Below the pieces are notes generated by a model. It did no database searches and was not told the origin of the DNA. It saw only the letters and a program-made list of their open reading frames with translations. Positions 49,599 through 61,500 of a stretch of 64,000 nt of DNA are shown piece after piece (position 1 is the stretch's first letter; each line of letters opens with the position of its first letter). A program made the translations under genes and the position numbers. Source of the stretch: Octopus bimaculoides (Eukaryota); the NCBI RefSeq assembly GCF_001194135.2, contig NC_068989.1, positions 80,723,783-80,787,782 of the forward strand. The letters run 5' to 3'.

Positions 49599-49763
49599 GT
49601 ACGGCCATTCTTACTAACCTTACTAACTTCTTTTTTTTTTCTTTTTTCTCTTTTTTCCAAAGCTATTTCAGCCTCCTCTCTCTTTCTCTTTCTCTCTCTC
49701 TGTAATGAAATAAGTATTATTAATACATTTGGGTCTGTTCAACTGACAATACTTCTCTCCTGC

Positions 49764-49796
<33 letters not shown>

Positions 49797-50375
49797 CCTT
49801 TCTACTGGAAGCACAAGGCCTCAAATTTGGGGGAAGAGATTAAGTCAATTGCATCAACCTCAATGCATAACTGGTACTAATTTTATCAATCAACCCCAAA
49901 AGGATGAAAGGCAAAGTTGACCTCAGCTGAATTTGAACACAGAATGTAACGGCAGAAGAAATACTGCTAAGCATTTCGCCTGGCGTGCTAACGATTCTGC
50001 CAGCTCACCACCTTGATCATAATAATAATGATAATAATAATAATAATAGTAGTAGTAGTAAGAATAATGGTTGTGTGGTTAAGAAGCTTACTTTGCAACC
50101 ATGTAGTTTTGGGTTCTGTCCCACTGTGCAGCACCTTGGGCAAGAGTTTTCAACTATAGCCCCAGGCCAGCAAATGCCCTATGAATGAATTTGGTTGATG
50201 AAAACTGTGTGGCAGCCCAGTACATCTTTTACTTGTTTCAGTCATTAAACTGCAGCCATCCTGGGGCAACACCTTGAGGGGTTTAGTCAAACAAATTGAC
50301 CCTGGTACATTTTTTTTCTCAATCTGTTCTCTCTTAGTTATGGGGACATAAACAAACTATCAAGCAGTGATGAGG

Positions 50376-50415
<40 letters not shown>

Positions 50416-52548
50416 ATAGGCTTCTACACAGTTTCCATCTACCAAATTTACTCACAAGGCATTGGTCAACCTGGAACCATAGCAGAAAACATGAGCACAT
50501 ACTTTTGTATTGCAACGCAATGGAGTAGAGTTTTCATCCACAGGTACTTGAAAACACTGTAAATCTATAATTCTGAAACATGTGGATAATAGCCTGCATT
50601 ATTTGGTGGCGGCAGGGGTTTGGTACTGTTGTCTAGCCCTGTATTAGTCCTGATTGAACAGACTTATTGCCAAATGCATATCAACCATAACCATTCTGCC
50701 ATATTCTTATATGCAGAAAACTTAACACTGTATTATCAAATGAGTATTTTTCTAAGAAAGTAGTGGTAACTCTAGGAAGATTTGACTGCCATTTCTAAAC
50801 GGTTTAGTGGTGACATAGAGGTTCCTTCCCACATTGTTAAGCTTATTGCTGGTGTTAGTCATATCGGTGTTGTGTTTGTTGTTGTATAACTGCTGTTGAT
50901 TTTAACTGAACAATGTTCTAGCCTAAAGTAATTGCTGAGAAATCATTAGTCATTATTAAAATATATACCTGTAGACAGATATCAGCTCAGCAGAATGATA
51001 GTCATTTGCAAGAGGTGACTTATGAATGTTGCATTAATTATTCTAATTAGAGTCTGATATGTTCATCTGTTAATCCAATATGTTTCTCTATGCTTGTTTG
51101 GCTTCAAAGGGGAGATATTTATGGCAGGATTTTTATATTCAGATACTTTTATTGTTGCCAACCATTATCAGTTTTTCAAGTCAGGGAATGACTTTTTTTT
51201 TATTCCAGTAGTATTTTAAAGAAGAAAGCAAATGGCTGATTTGTTGACAAAAAATGTCAGCAAGTATCACCATTTGGAGTCTGTAGACATACCTCAGTGT
51301 AGATTGAAAACGTTCATACTGATACACATGTGCACACATGCATGTGTGCATGTACGCACACAAACAAAACAAAACTGACTTCTTTCAGTTTCTGTCTATC
51401 AAATTATTTTACAAGACCTTCATCAAATCAAAGCTACAGTAAAATACACTTGTCCAAGACGCTATGCAATGGGAATGAACCCGAAACACCATGGTTGAGA
51501 AGTGAACTTCTTAACCTCATGGCCATGCCTGCACCTGTACATATACTGAGATTCTGCTTGCTACAGAAATGGACATTATAAATAACAGTCTCAGACATTG
51601 ATTCTCAGATTTGCAGGCTTGACTCTACTGATGTATTTATAAGATATCATAGCACCAAAACAAACTCTAGTAATGCATCTTTGTTGGTTGTAACAACAGT
51701 TTGTTTGTTTGTTTGTTCAACATGTCATCTTTTTTTTTTTTTTTTTTTTTTGTGCTGACGTAACAGTTTTGATGGGGGCAGAAGGTCGTCAACAGTTTTA
51801 TCAAATTCAGTACTTAGTACTTTATTTGTCAGCTCCTAAAATATGAAAGACAAAGCCTATCTCAACAAAATTTGAGCTCAGAATGTAAGTGACTTGGAAG
51901 AAATATCCCAATGATAATAATTTCCTCAAAAAAATTCTCAAATTAATAACTCAATTACTAATCAGTAAGTTATGGAGGTTGGAGGGAAAAATTATTCACA
52001 TTTCTATCCCCAGAAAGATCTCATTTGTATGTTCCTGTTTCAGTCTCATGAAAAATTCTTAATCATGCTTTAATTAATTCCGGTGGAAAGAGCTTTGTTG
52101 GCCTCCATAGTATGAAACATCAATAGTGGAAATATTTAGGCTAATTAGACTGCTGTAATCCATGATATGTTCAATTAGTACAGTTCTGACAATGTAGCTT
52201 ATTGTTAAGTTAAAATGAATATTCATCGTCAAGCTAATACTTTGTGTTTTCTTTTCTTCAGCACAAGTATTTTTAATTTGAATTTTTATTCTCACTACAT
52301 TAGATATGAAGGTTCTAAATTTGACTGTTGTTTTTTTTTTCTTGCAAATCGCATCTTTAAGTAACCTCTCTTTGTCATTATGATAATGTTTGACACCTAA
52401 TTGTACATATTATTGTATATCATTAGAGTGTTCTGTTATCACTAATTTGGCAAATACAAGGAAGACTATGCTTTGTGGAGGATGTCTAATGGGACTGAAA
52501 CATGCCTAGTGTTGTCACTATTATTTTTCAAGAATCTCATTAATATAT

Positions 52549-53350
52549 ATCATCATCATCGTTTAACATCCGCTTTCCATGCTAGCATGGGTTGGACGAT
52601 TTGACTGAGGACTGGCGAACCAGGTGGCTACACCAGGTGGCTACACCAGGCTCCAATCTGATTTGGTAGAGTTTCTACAGCTGGATGCTCTTCCTAACGC
52701 CAACCACTCCGAGAGTGTAGTGGGTGCTTTTACGTGCCACCTGCACAGGAGCCAGTCCAGCAGCACTGGTAACGATCTCACTCGAATAACTTTTCAAGTG
52801 CCAGGAACGCGAAGCTGGGGCACAAGTGCCAGGTAGGTGACGCTGGTAACAATCACGCTCGAAAGGTGGTGCCATCGCGATTTCGCTTTCGCTTTCCCCA
52901 ACAGGTCTTCGCAAGCAGAGTTTAGTGTCCAATGGAGGAGACGTTGGCATGGGGGNNNNNNNNNNCCTCAACAGGTCTTCACAAGTGGAGTATGCATAAG
53001 TGGGCTGGCTACATCCCTGGCAGAGACCTTGGATTTTGGTCTAACTTGGCTTGCCGGGTCTTCTCACGCACAACATATTTCCAAAGGTCTCGGTCAGAAG
53101 TCATTGCCTTGGTGAGGCCTAATGCTCGGAGGTCATGCTTCACCACCTCATCCCAGGTCTTCCTGGGCCTGCCTCTTCCACAGGTTCCCTCAACCGCTAG
53201 GGTGTGGCACTTTTTCACACAGCTATCCTCATCCATTCTTGCCACATGACCATACCAGCGTAATCGTCTCTCTTGCACACCACAACTGATGCTTCTTAGG
53301 TTCAACTTTTTCTCTCAAGGTACTTACACTCTGTCGAGTATGCACACTGA
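52549..53350 (-). mobile_element. RTE LINE 3' fragment, antisense
   Basis: RRLRWYGHVARMDEDSCVKKC...GRGRPRKTW on the minus strand, 3'UTR and (CAT)n tail at about 52549. Confidence 0.88.
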
Positions 53351-54186
53351 CATTGCGTTAGACATACACACATTCTGGGATTTGTATATACTAGATGGTC
53401 ATATTTTTTGCCAATTAACCACACGCACTATATACCTGTTCTTCACTTCAGCTTTATTATTATCCTCCAGGACAAGACACATGGGATGGAGAGTTGCTGA
53501 AGAGGTTACAGGACATGTAACAAAAGATTTCAGGCAAAGGACACTAAAATAAGAAGAATAATAGAGCTGAGGTGAGGAGTAGGTGTGTGGTGCATGTGGT
53601 TAGTTGGCAAGGGGTGTGACCATCCCTAAATATAATAATATCTGTTTCAACACAGGATCTCACATCAGGAGTCTTGCAAAGCAAACACATTAACATAGTA
53701 TTAGTCATCGAGATAATATTTTCTTCTCCTCAATGCATAATATAATTAATTTGATTACATCTACTTGTGAGTGAATTTGATGGACATAAACTGAAAGAAG
53801 CCTGCCATATGTATATACATGTGTGTGTGTGTGTGTTATTGTCTCCTTGCCTTAACATTCTGTGATAGTTGTAACCGAATGTCACCATCATGAAAGTCGT
53901 GTCCTTTATTTCCAGTCTTCTGTGAAAACATATCTAGTCATGGGAAAATATTTCCCAAGTTAGAAACAAGTTGGGGTTGGTAACAAGAAGGGCATTTGGC
54001 TGTAGAAAATCTGCTTCAATAAACTCCATCTGACCTGTGCGCAAGCATGAAGGAAAATGATGAGGATTTTCTTTTTCTCATTATATTTATGTAACTCTCA
54101 AAATAGTATGACACTACCTTGACCATCACACAAATATTGACAAACATTGTTATCAATCATAGAATGATTTTGGTTTTCAACTAGAC

Positions 54187-54955
54187 CAGTGATTCTCAAC
54201 CGGGATCCATATAACACCCCTTGTAGTCCATGCAAGCAAAATAGTAAATCCGCAGTGGTTTATTAAGGGGCTATAAAAATTTTTTTCTTTAGATGTATTA
54301 ATTGCAAGAAACAGCAAGATTTCTTTCAACGTACACAAGTTAATATGTGAAAAGCAAAGAAGGAATTTTGAAAGAAGTATCATCATCATCATCATTGTTT
54401 AACGTCTGCTTTCCATGCTAGCATGGGTTGGACGATTTGACTGAGGACTGGTGAACCAGGTGGTTACACCAGGCTCCAATCTGATTTGGCAGAGTTTCTA
54501 CAGAGTTCCTAACACCAACCACTCCAAGAGTGTAGTGGGTGCTTTTTACGTGCCACCAGCATGAAGGACAGTCAGGTGGTACTGGCAACGGCCACGCTCG
54601 AAATGGTGTCTTTTACGTGCCACCTGCATGGGAGCCAGTCCAGCAGCACTGACAACGATCTCGCTCGAATGTCCTTACACGTGCCATCACGATTTCGCTT
54701 TCGCTTGCCTCAACAGGTCTTTGCAAGCCGAGTTTCTGTGTCCAATAAAGGAGACGGCGTTGGCATGGGTGCCATCCGTCGAAATTAGTTTGATTTCACT
54801 TGCCTCAACAGGTCTTCGCAAGCGGAGTTAAGTGTCCAACGTAGGAAGGTATGCATCCTGGCAGGGGCCTTTATCAAATGGCATATGCAGGTCTACCAGA
54901 GTAAAGTTGTAATGAAAGGGTTTCATAAGTAAAAAAATACGGTTGAGAACCACTG
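54187..54955. mobile_element. hAT MITE with nested RTE-tail repeat (about 54380-54840)
   Basis: 15-bp TIRs with 1 mismatch (cagtgattctcaacc / ggttgagaaccactg); perfect 8-bp TSD aactagac. Confidence 0.88.
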
Positions 54956-56369
54956 AACTAGACAAAAGGCTAATATTTACAAAGGAGAGAGACGTAGTTG
55001 AGAAGACTTTCACGGTATTACTGTTACATATCTTACCAACCCTGCAGAAAGGAAAGGCAAAGTCAACCCCAGTTGAATTTGATCTCAGAATGTTCTTTTA
55101 CCCTTTGTTTTTCTCTTCTTTTCTTTTTCTAATTAACTTGCTTTAGTCATAGAATACTTTTCAAAAGAAATTAATTTAACTAACGACTATGAGCAACATT
55201 ATGATAACACTAAAAGTTTTCATCTCAAAGACATCTTTACTCTAACTTTTAACATGAAAGCATTTTTCCAAACAACTGATATGGGGGGGGGGGGGTNNNN
55301 NNNNNNCCACCCAATATTCAAATACCTGCCTATTGATCACAAGCTTTCTATCTTGATTGATGCAGTTAAAATTTACATCCAAAGACTTATTATTCAATGA
55401 CTTGTGGAGGATCGATGAACAATTAATCAGAAACAGAAATAGTCAATTGAAAATAAACTTTTTCTTTCTTTTTATGCTGCAACACCACTGTCTAATTCTT
55501 CCAGCTCATAATCATTCATGCACACCAAACCATCATTGCACATCCACTGGATTATGCTCACCACATTTCTGCCCAGCCTTCACACATCCATATCTGTTCC
55601 ATTTTTCCTTTTCATTCATTTTGAAATTGTTAAAATTCAAGTACTTCAACATAGGCACAGGTATCGCTGTGTGATTAAGAAGCTTACTTTACAACCTCGT
55701 AGTTTCAGGTTCGATCCCACTGCACAGCACCTTGAATAAGCGTCTTCTACTGTAACCCCCAGGGTGAACAATGCCCTGTGAGTGGATTTGGTAGATGGAA
55801 GTTGCGTGGAAGCCCATTATATATGTGTGTGTATATGTATCTGTATTTCTGTTTGTCTCCTACCCACCCAACACCACCACCACCACCACTCAACAACTAG
55901 TTTTGTTTTGCTTATGTCCCTGTCACTTAGCAGTTCAACAAAAAGAGTCTGGTAGAATAAGCATCAGGTTTTAAAAGAAACATAAGAACTGAGAATCAAT
56001 GTGTTCAACTAAATCACTTCAAGAAAGTACCCCCAGCATGGGCACAGTCCATTGACTGAAACAAGTTAAAAATGAAAGGCTTGTGAGTGGATTTGGTAAG
56101 CAGAAACTGAAAGAAGCCCATCATGTGTATGTGTGTGTGTGTGTGCATATATTTGTTGGTTTACATCTCTGTAACTTAGCTGTTCAGCAAAAGAGACTGA
56201 CAGAATAAGTACCATGCTTTTATTTAAAAAAAAAAAAAACAAGTTCTGGTGTTGATTCATTCGACTAAAATATTTTTCAAAGCAGTGCTCCAGCATGGCC
56301 ACAGTCTTCTGACTGAAACAAATGAAAGGTAAGATTCTACCTCTAACCATAGCAAGGACTGCATCTCAG

Positions 56370-57262
56370 TGACTGGCCTTCCTCTTGAGGGCCAGAAAAT
56401 GCTGCAGACTCCTCCCTTTTACAAAGCTCAGGTGAGGCCCACAATGGAGTTCTGCTCCTACACCTGGGATACTGGTAGTCTATTGATTACAACGATGAGG
56501 GTTCCAGTTGATCCAATCAATGGAACAGCCTGCTTGTGAAATTAACATGCAAAAGGCTGAGTACTCCACATACAAGTGTATCCTTAATGTAGTTCTCTGG
56601 AACATATAGTGTGACACAGAATGTGACAAGGCTGGCTCTTTGAGTTACACAGGCACAACTTATTTTTGCCAGCTGAGTAGATTGGAGCAACGTGAAATAA
56701 AGCGTCTTGCTCAAGGACACAGCACACCACCACATATTGAACTCACAGCCTTATGACCATGAGCCAAATACCCTAACCACTAAGCCACACACCTTCACAC
56801 ATCTTGGCTAGTGCTGTTGCTATACACACACACACACATCCATTCTAGACTGGATTTGGAGAAGGGTCACCTGATTGATTAACATAAAGTCACAACTCAC
56901 TAACACACTCCATCTTCTTCCCCAGGAAAATACTGTTTACTCTCTCTCTCTCTCTCTCTCTCTCTCTGCTCTTTCTGCTGTTACTATCATGGCCTCTACT
57001 CCTCATGACTGCTATTCTAATACCCCCTCATGTCACTCATCTCTCCTCTTCCTAACACTCTTTGTATCCGGGCTTTATACTAACCACTATATCCAGTCTA
57101 TCCTTCCCAGAATCCCTCTCTCTGTTTTTCTTGCAGCTGTCGAATTGCAAGTGTTCATGCAGGATGTTAATGGCATCAATCTCGCTGGTCTTAGATGATT
57201 TGCGAAAACTGTGGACATAGTCACTTCCCCATGAACCTATCTAATAAATAAAGAATAAAACA
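56370..57262 (+). mobile_element. Decayed CR1/L2/Jockey-group LINE 3' end with nested insertion
   Basis: LAFLLRARKC...YKAQVRPTMEFCSYTWD at about 56373-56468; TNHYIQSILPR...ELQVFMQDVNGINL at about 57080-57185; A-rich tail; SINE nested at about 56490-56800. Confidence 0.7.
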
Positions 57263-58176
57263 AGCTAAGGTTCCTTATATGTGCAGGTATGGCTGTGTGA
57301 TAAGAAGTTTACTTCCCAACCACATGGTTCTGAGTTCAGACCCACTGCGTGGCACCTTGGGCAAGTGTCTTCTACTACAGCCTCGGACCAACCAAAGCCT
57401 TGTGAGTGGATTTGGTAGATGACAGCTGAAAGGAGCCCATCGTATATGTGTGTGTGTGTTTGTCCCCTACCACCACTTGCAACCGGTGTTGGTGTGTTTG
57501 TGTCCTTGTAACTTAGCGGTTCAGCAAAAGAGAATGTTGTTAGATTGGCAGAATTGTTAAAACATTGGGGAAAATGCTCGGCAGTATTTGTGCCAACAAG
57601 TTTTGAGATCAAATCCCAAGATCAGCTCTGCCTTTCATACAGCTGACTGTCAAAATTGTTGGCCTTATGCCTAAGAAACACTATATTTCCTCAGTCACTT
57701 AGCACTCCCATGATAGGCAGCACAAGCATGACTATGTGGTTAACAAGCTCACTTTGCAACCAACCATGTGGTTTGGGGTTCAATCCCACTGCACAGCATA
57801 TTGGGCAAGTGTCTTCTATTACCGCCCTGAGGCAACCAATGCTTTGTAAAGTTTGGGGACAGAAATAGTGTGGAAGCCTGGTGTGTGTGTATGTGTGTGC
57901 ATTTATGTTTAGCCCACCACCACTACCACTTGACAACCAGTGTTGGTTTGTTTACGTCCCTGTAACTTAGCAGTTCAGTAAAAGAGGCTGATAGAATGAG
58001 TTACCAGTTTTTAAAAAATGTAAGTACTGGGGTAAATATATTCAATGAAACCCTTCAATGCATTGCCCCAGCATGGTTGCAATCCAATAACTAAAGAAAG
58101 TAAATCCTTTGCCTGGTTCAACACCACCACCTTGGCTGAGAGTACCTTTAATGGTGCCTGTACTGAGTTGACTAAT

Positions 58177-58542
58177 TGTTGGCACTCCGTCGCTTACGTC
58201 GAGGGTTCCAGTTGATCCGATCAACAGAACAGCCTGCTCGTGAAATTGACGTGCAAGTGGCTGAGCACTCCACAGACACGTGTACGCTTAACATAGTTCT
58301 CGGGGATATTCAGCGTGACACAGTGTGACAAGGCTGACCCTTTGAATTACAGGCACAACAGAAACAGTAAGTAAGAGTGAGAGAAAGTTGTGGTGGAAGA
58401 GTACAGCAGGGTTTGCCACCATCCCCTGCCGGAGCCTCGTGGAGCTTTAGGTGTTTTCACTCAATAAACACTCTCAACGCCTGGTCTGGGAATCGAAACC
58501 GCGAGTCCGCTGCCCTAACCACTGGGCCATTGCGCCTCCACT
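58177..58542 (-). mobile_element. Young tRNA-derived SINE with 13-bp TSD. Relatives at 26975-27310(+) and 56490-56800(-).
   Basis: TGAGTTGACTAAT at 58164-58176 and 58543-58555; A-box tggcccagtgg and B-box-like tttcgattcc; many CpGs retained. Confidence 0.85.
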
Positions 58543-61500
58543 TGAGTTGACTAATAACATGTAGTGAAAATTTGAGAGATGAGAAGTTTCTGGAAGCTTA
58601 TACAATGGAATAGTTCTCATACTTGAATAGAAGACTTAACACATTACTTAGTCTAACACCACCACTTTGTTGATCCTTAGATGCTTTGAGTGGAGTTTGC
58701 TCATAATACCCAGGTGACTAAAGACTTTTAAGTGAACTTTGATTGATCAGAACTTTCTGGAAGCTTGTATAAAAGATTGGTTTCTATTATTGAACGATAA
58801 ACTTAATATGTTGCTCAGTTTAACACCACCACCTGGTCCTTGTGTGCCTTCAGTGGAATTTGCTCTGTTGCAAGCATTTGGGCCATATCTCCAGTTAACT
58901 TCCTGCCATCAGTCCCAGGGGCTGTGTGAAAGAAATAGCCACAAGTCCTGCAATCTTCTCCTTGACAAAGTGATTAAAAAGTGAAAAAGAACTTGGCAGA
59001 GTACATTTTTCTTTTGAGCTACATCCATTTGAAGGAGTTGAGTTCAGTGCATTTAAGTTGACAAAACAAAGTGCTGCCGTTGCTCCTGCTTAGAGCAGTA
59101 AGTTGTTTCTGTTCTGTTGTACCCATTTGCTGCCAGATGGACTTAGTCACATGGAAGTTAAGTGTCTATGGTCCAAGTGACAGGATATGAAGTAACAGTT
59201 TCTACTGATTCTGCTATCAGTATTCCCATGTATTTATGAGAAACTAATAATTTAAAGAGTCACTAAATTAGACTCATAAAACAACAATGTACAAGGGGCC
59301 TGTCCCAGAGATAAGTGGGCGGGGCCTCCAGTCAGAAATTACTCATTGTAAATAATGAACATGGGTGGGTGTGCTAAATGTATAATTTTCTACTGCTCTA
59401 TTAATTTGCAGTTACCATTTATGTTATAGTCAACTAAGTTTGGTCTTCACTGGTGTATTAGATTTGTATTAGTAGCTTAGAAGCATTTGATTAAATCACA
59501 TGTTGTTTAGCCCTAGGTCAACTCCAGACGAGCAGGCTTATAGTCAATTGTGTCCCAGCTACGACCATCCTGTCATTTGTGTATGTGTGTGTGTATATAA
59601 TATGTATGTGTGAGAGATAAGGGACTGTAGTGTTCAACAAGTCTTACCCTTTTGTTTTTTTGTTTTTTTTTTTTCAATGGTAGGGTATGATTGAAGGAAA
59701 ATCATAACTGCTATTTCTAATAGGTTGTGCAGCTATATAGGAATTCTCACATTGGTTCATAAAATAGCTAGTGCAGAATGTGTCTGACATTAAAGACAGA
59801 TAGATAATCAACCGAAACTAGCATGGAATTATATTTATCCCACAGATCAAAGGAAGACACAAGGGTGAAATTGTAAAATAATTTGCTACTTCCCAGGAGG
59901 AAGGCTTGTTTTGTTGTTGTTGTGCTTTTTTATTTATTGTACTCTGGTTTTGAGGAAGGAGTTATGTCTATATCCTTTGCAAACTCTCCAAAACCTGGGG
60001 TTAATGCAATTCCTCTTGAGTAGTTGCAAATGAAAAACTGCAAGAAGTATGTTCCAGAAAGCTGATATTCTTAGAAAGTGACGGATTTCTCTCTCTCTCT
60101 CTCATTATATCTAGAGAACTGTAGAGTGTGCATGTGTACTATGTGGTTGCTTGATCTAAATTCTTGCAACAGAACAAACTCTACTAAATGTACTCGTAAG
60201 CTTGGAGAGGATATTTAACCAGGCTGCATGCTGTATCTAGAAATTTTTAGAAATATCATCATGCTGGTTTTGTTTTGTTTTGTTATTAAGCAACAAGTAT
60301 AGGGCAGAAATAATATCCTTAGGCATTTAAAGTGATCAGCATTAGCAAAAATTATGCTGTGAATTTTAGGTGTTTAGATATATTGTAGTCATGAGTAGGT
60401 GACAAAATTGATGTTTTGGGGGTTGTCTCTTCATCCAAAAAAGAAAAGAAAATATACTGAAGAAAACATAAAAGAGAAAATATATATATATATTTTTTCT
60501 ATCAGACAAAAGGACAGAACTAAAACATTAAATTCATCCTCTCTGCATGCCATATAAACTTACCCAAACTCATAAATTTCATATTATAAAACAAGTTTGC
60601 TTGACCACTTTATTCTATCATGACATCAATCATTTATATTTCTTCACATTTAGCTGTAAACACGTTACCATTTTCGCTAACATTGCTCCATGTTCATCCA
60701 CTGATTTTCAGCATCATAAATCACTCAAACAATCCTATTTGTTCATCCAGATATCATTTATTCTCAGAGCATGTGTGTATTCATTCTTATTTGTAGACAG
60801 ATCTCATAACATCATCTGAACTTAGTTTCACAATTAGATTTACATTACCATTCAGTTTATTTAATTAAGTACGCATACAGCAGGCATAAATTTGCAGATG
60901 TTTAAGCTGGGGGTCAATCACCACTTCATCATCATCATCATCATCATCATTGGAGAGAATATACACACCATCCCTCTTACATGGAACTTAATAAAATATT
61001 TTTTTTTAAATACTGTTTCATTTCATATTTCAAAATCTACTGCTAAACATTTCTTCCTGTCATTGTACCAATTTCACCAATATGTGCATCGTAAGCTATT
61101 CCCTTCCCTTTCTTCAATGTACAGGGAATCTTTTGGCCATTGTAGTGGTGGGGTGATCTTGTAGCTCATTGACCGATCACAATATCATTGACAGTTTTGA
61201 TTTCATGTAGGATATTTAGGGCAACAGAGCCTGGCAGGGCCCACCCTTATCTTGTTACTTCCAGCAGTGAAATGTACCTAGTCATGTTGTTATTTAACCC
61301 CAGGTCAACTTGACTGAGCAGATATATGGTCATGATCATTCCAGTTATGACCATCACCTATTTTATTAATCCATATTGATACTTATTTGTCTTTTTTCTT
61401 AAAGGTAGCAGGACATAAGTTAGGCGAGACTTGGCTACTAATTCTAGCAGGTCAAACAACAGCATAGAGGCCTCCATGTTGGTTCATACAGTGCACTCTG

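Noticed and set aside
53470-53552. Possible phase-2 exon (KTRHMGWRVAEEVTGHVTKDFRQRTLK*)
   Set aside because: Acceptor is plausible but there is no motif similarity; cannot be distinguished from chance.
57137-57270. Strong acceptor plus AATAAA suggesting a terminal exon
   Set aside because: The sequence translates as the C-terminus of a CR1/L2-like LINE ORF and the A-rich stretch is its tail.
61125-61164. Possible terminal exon after a pyrimidine-rich TACAG acceptor
   Set aside because: All frames stop within 14 codons with no recognisable similarity.
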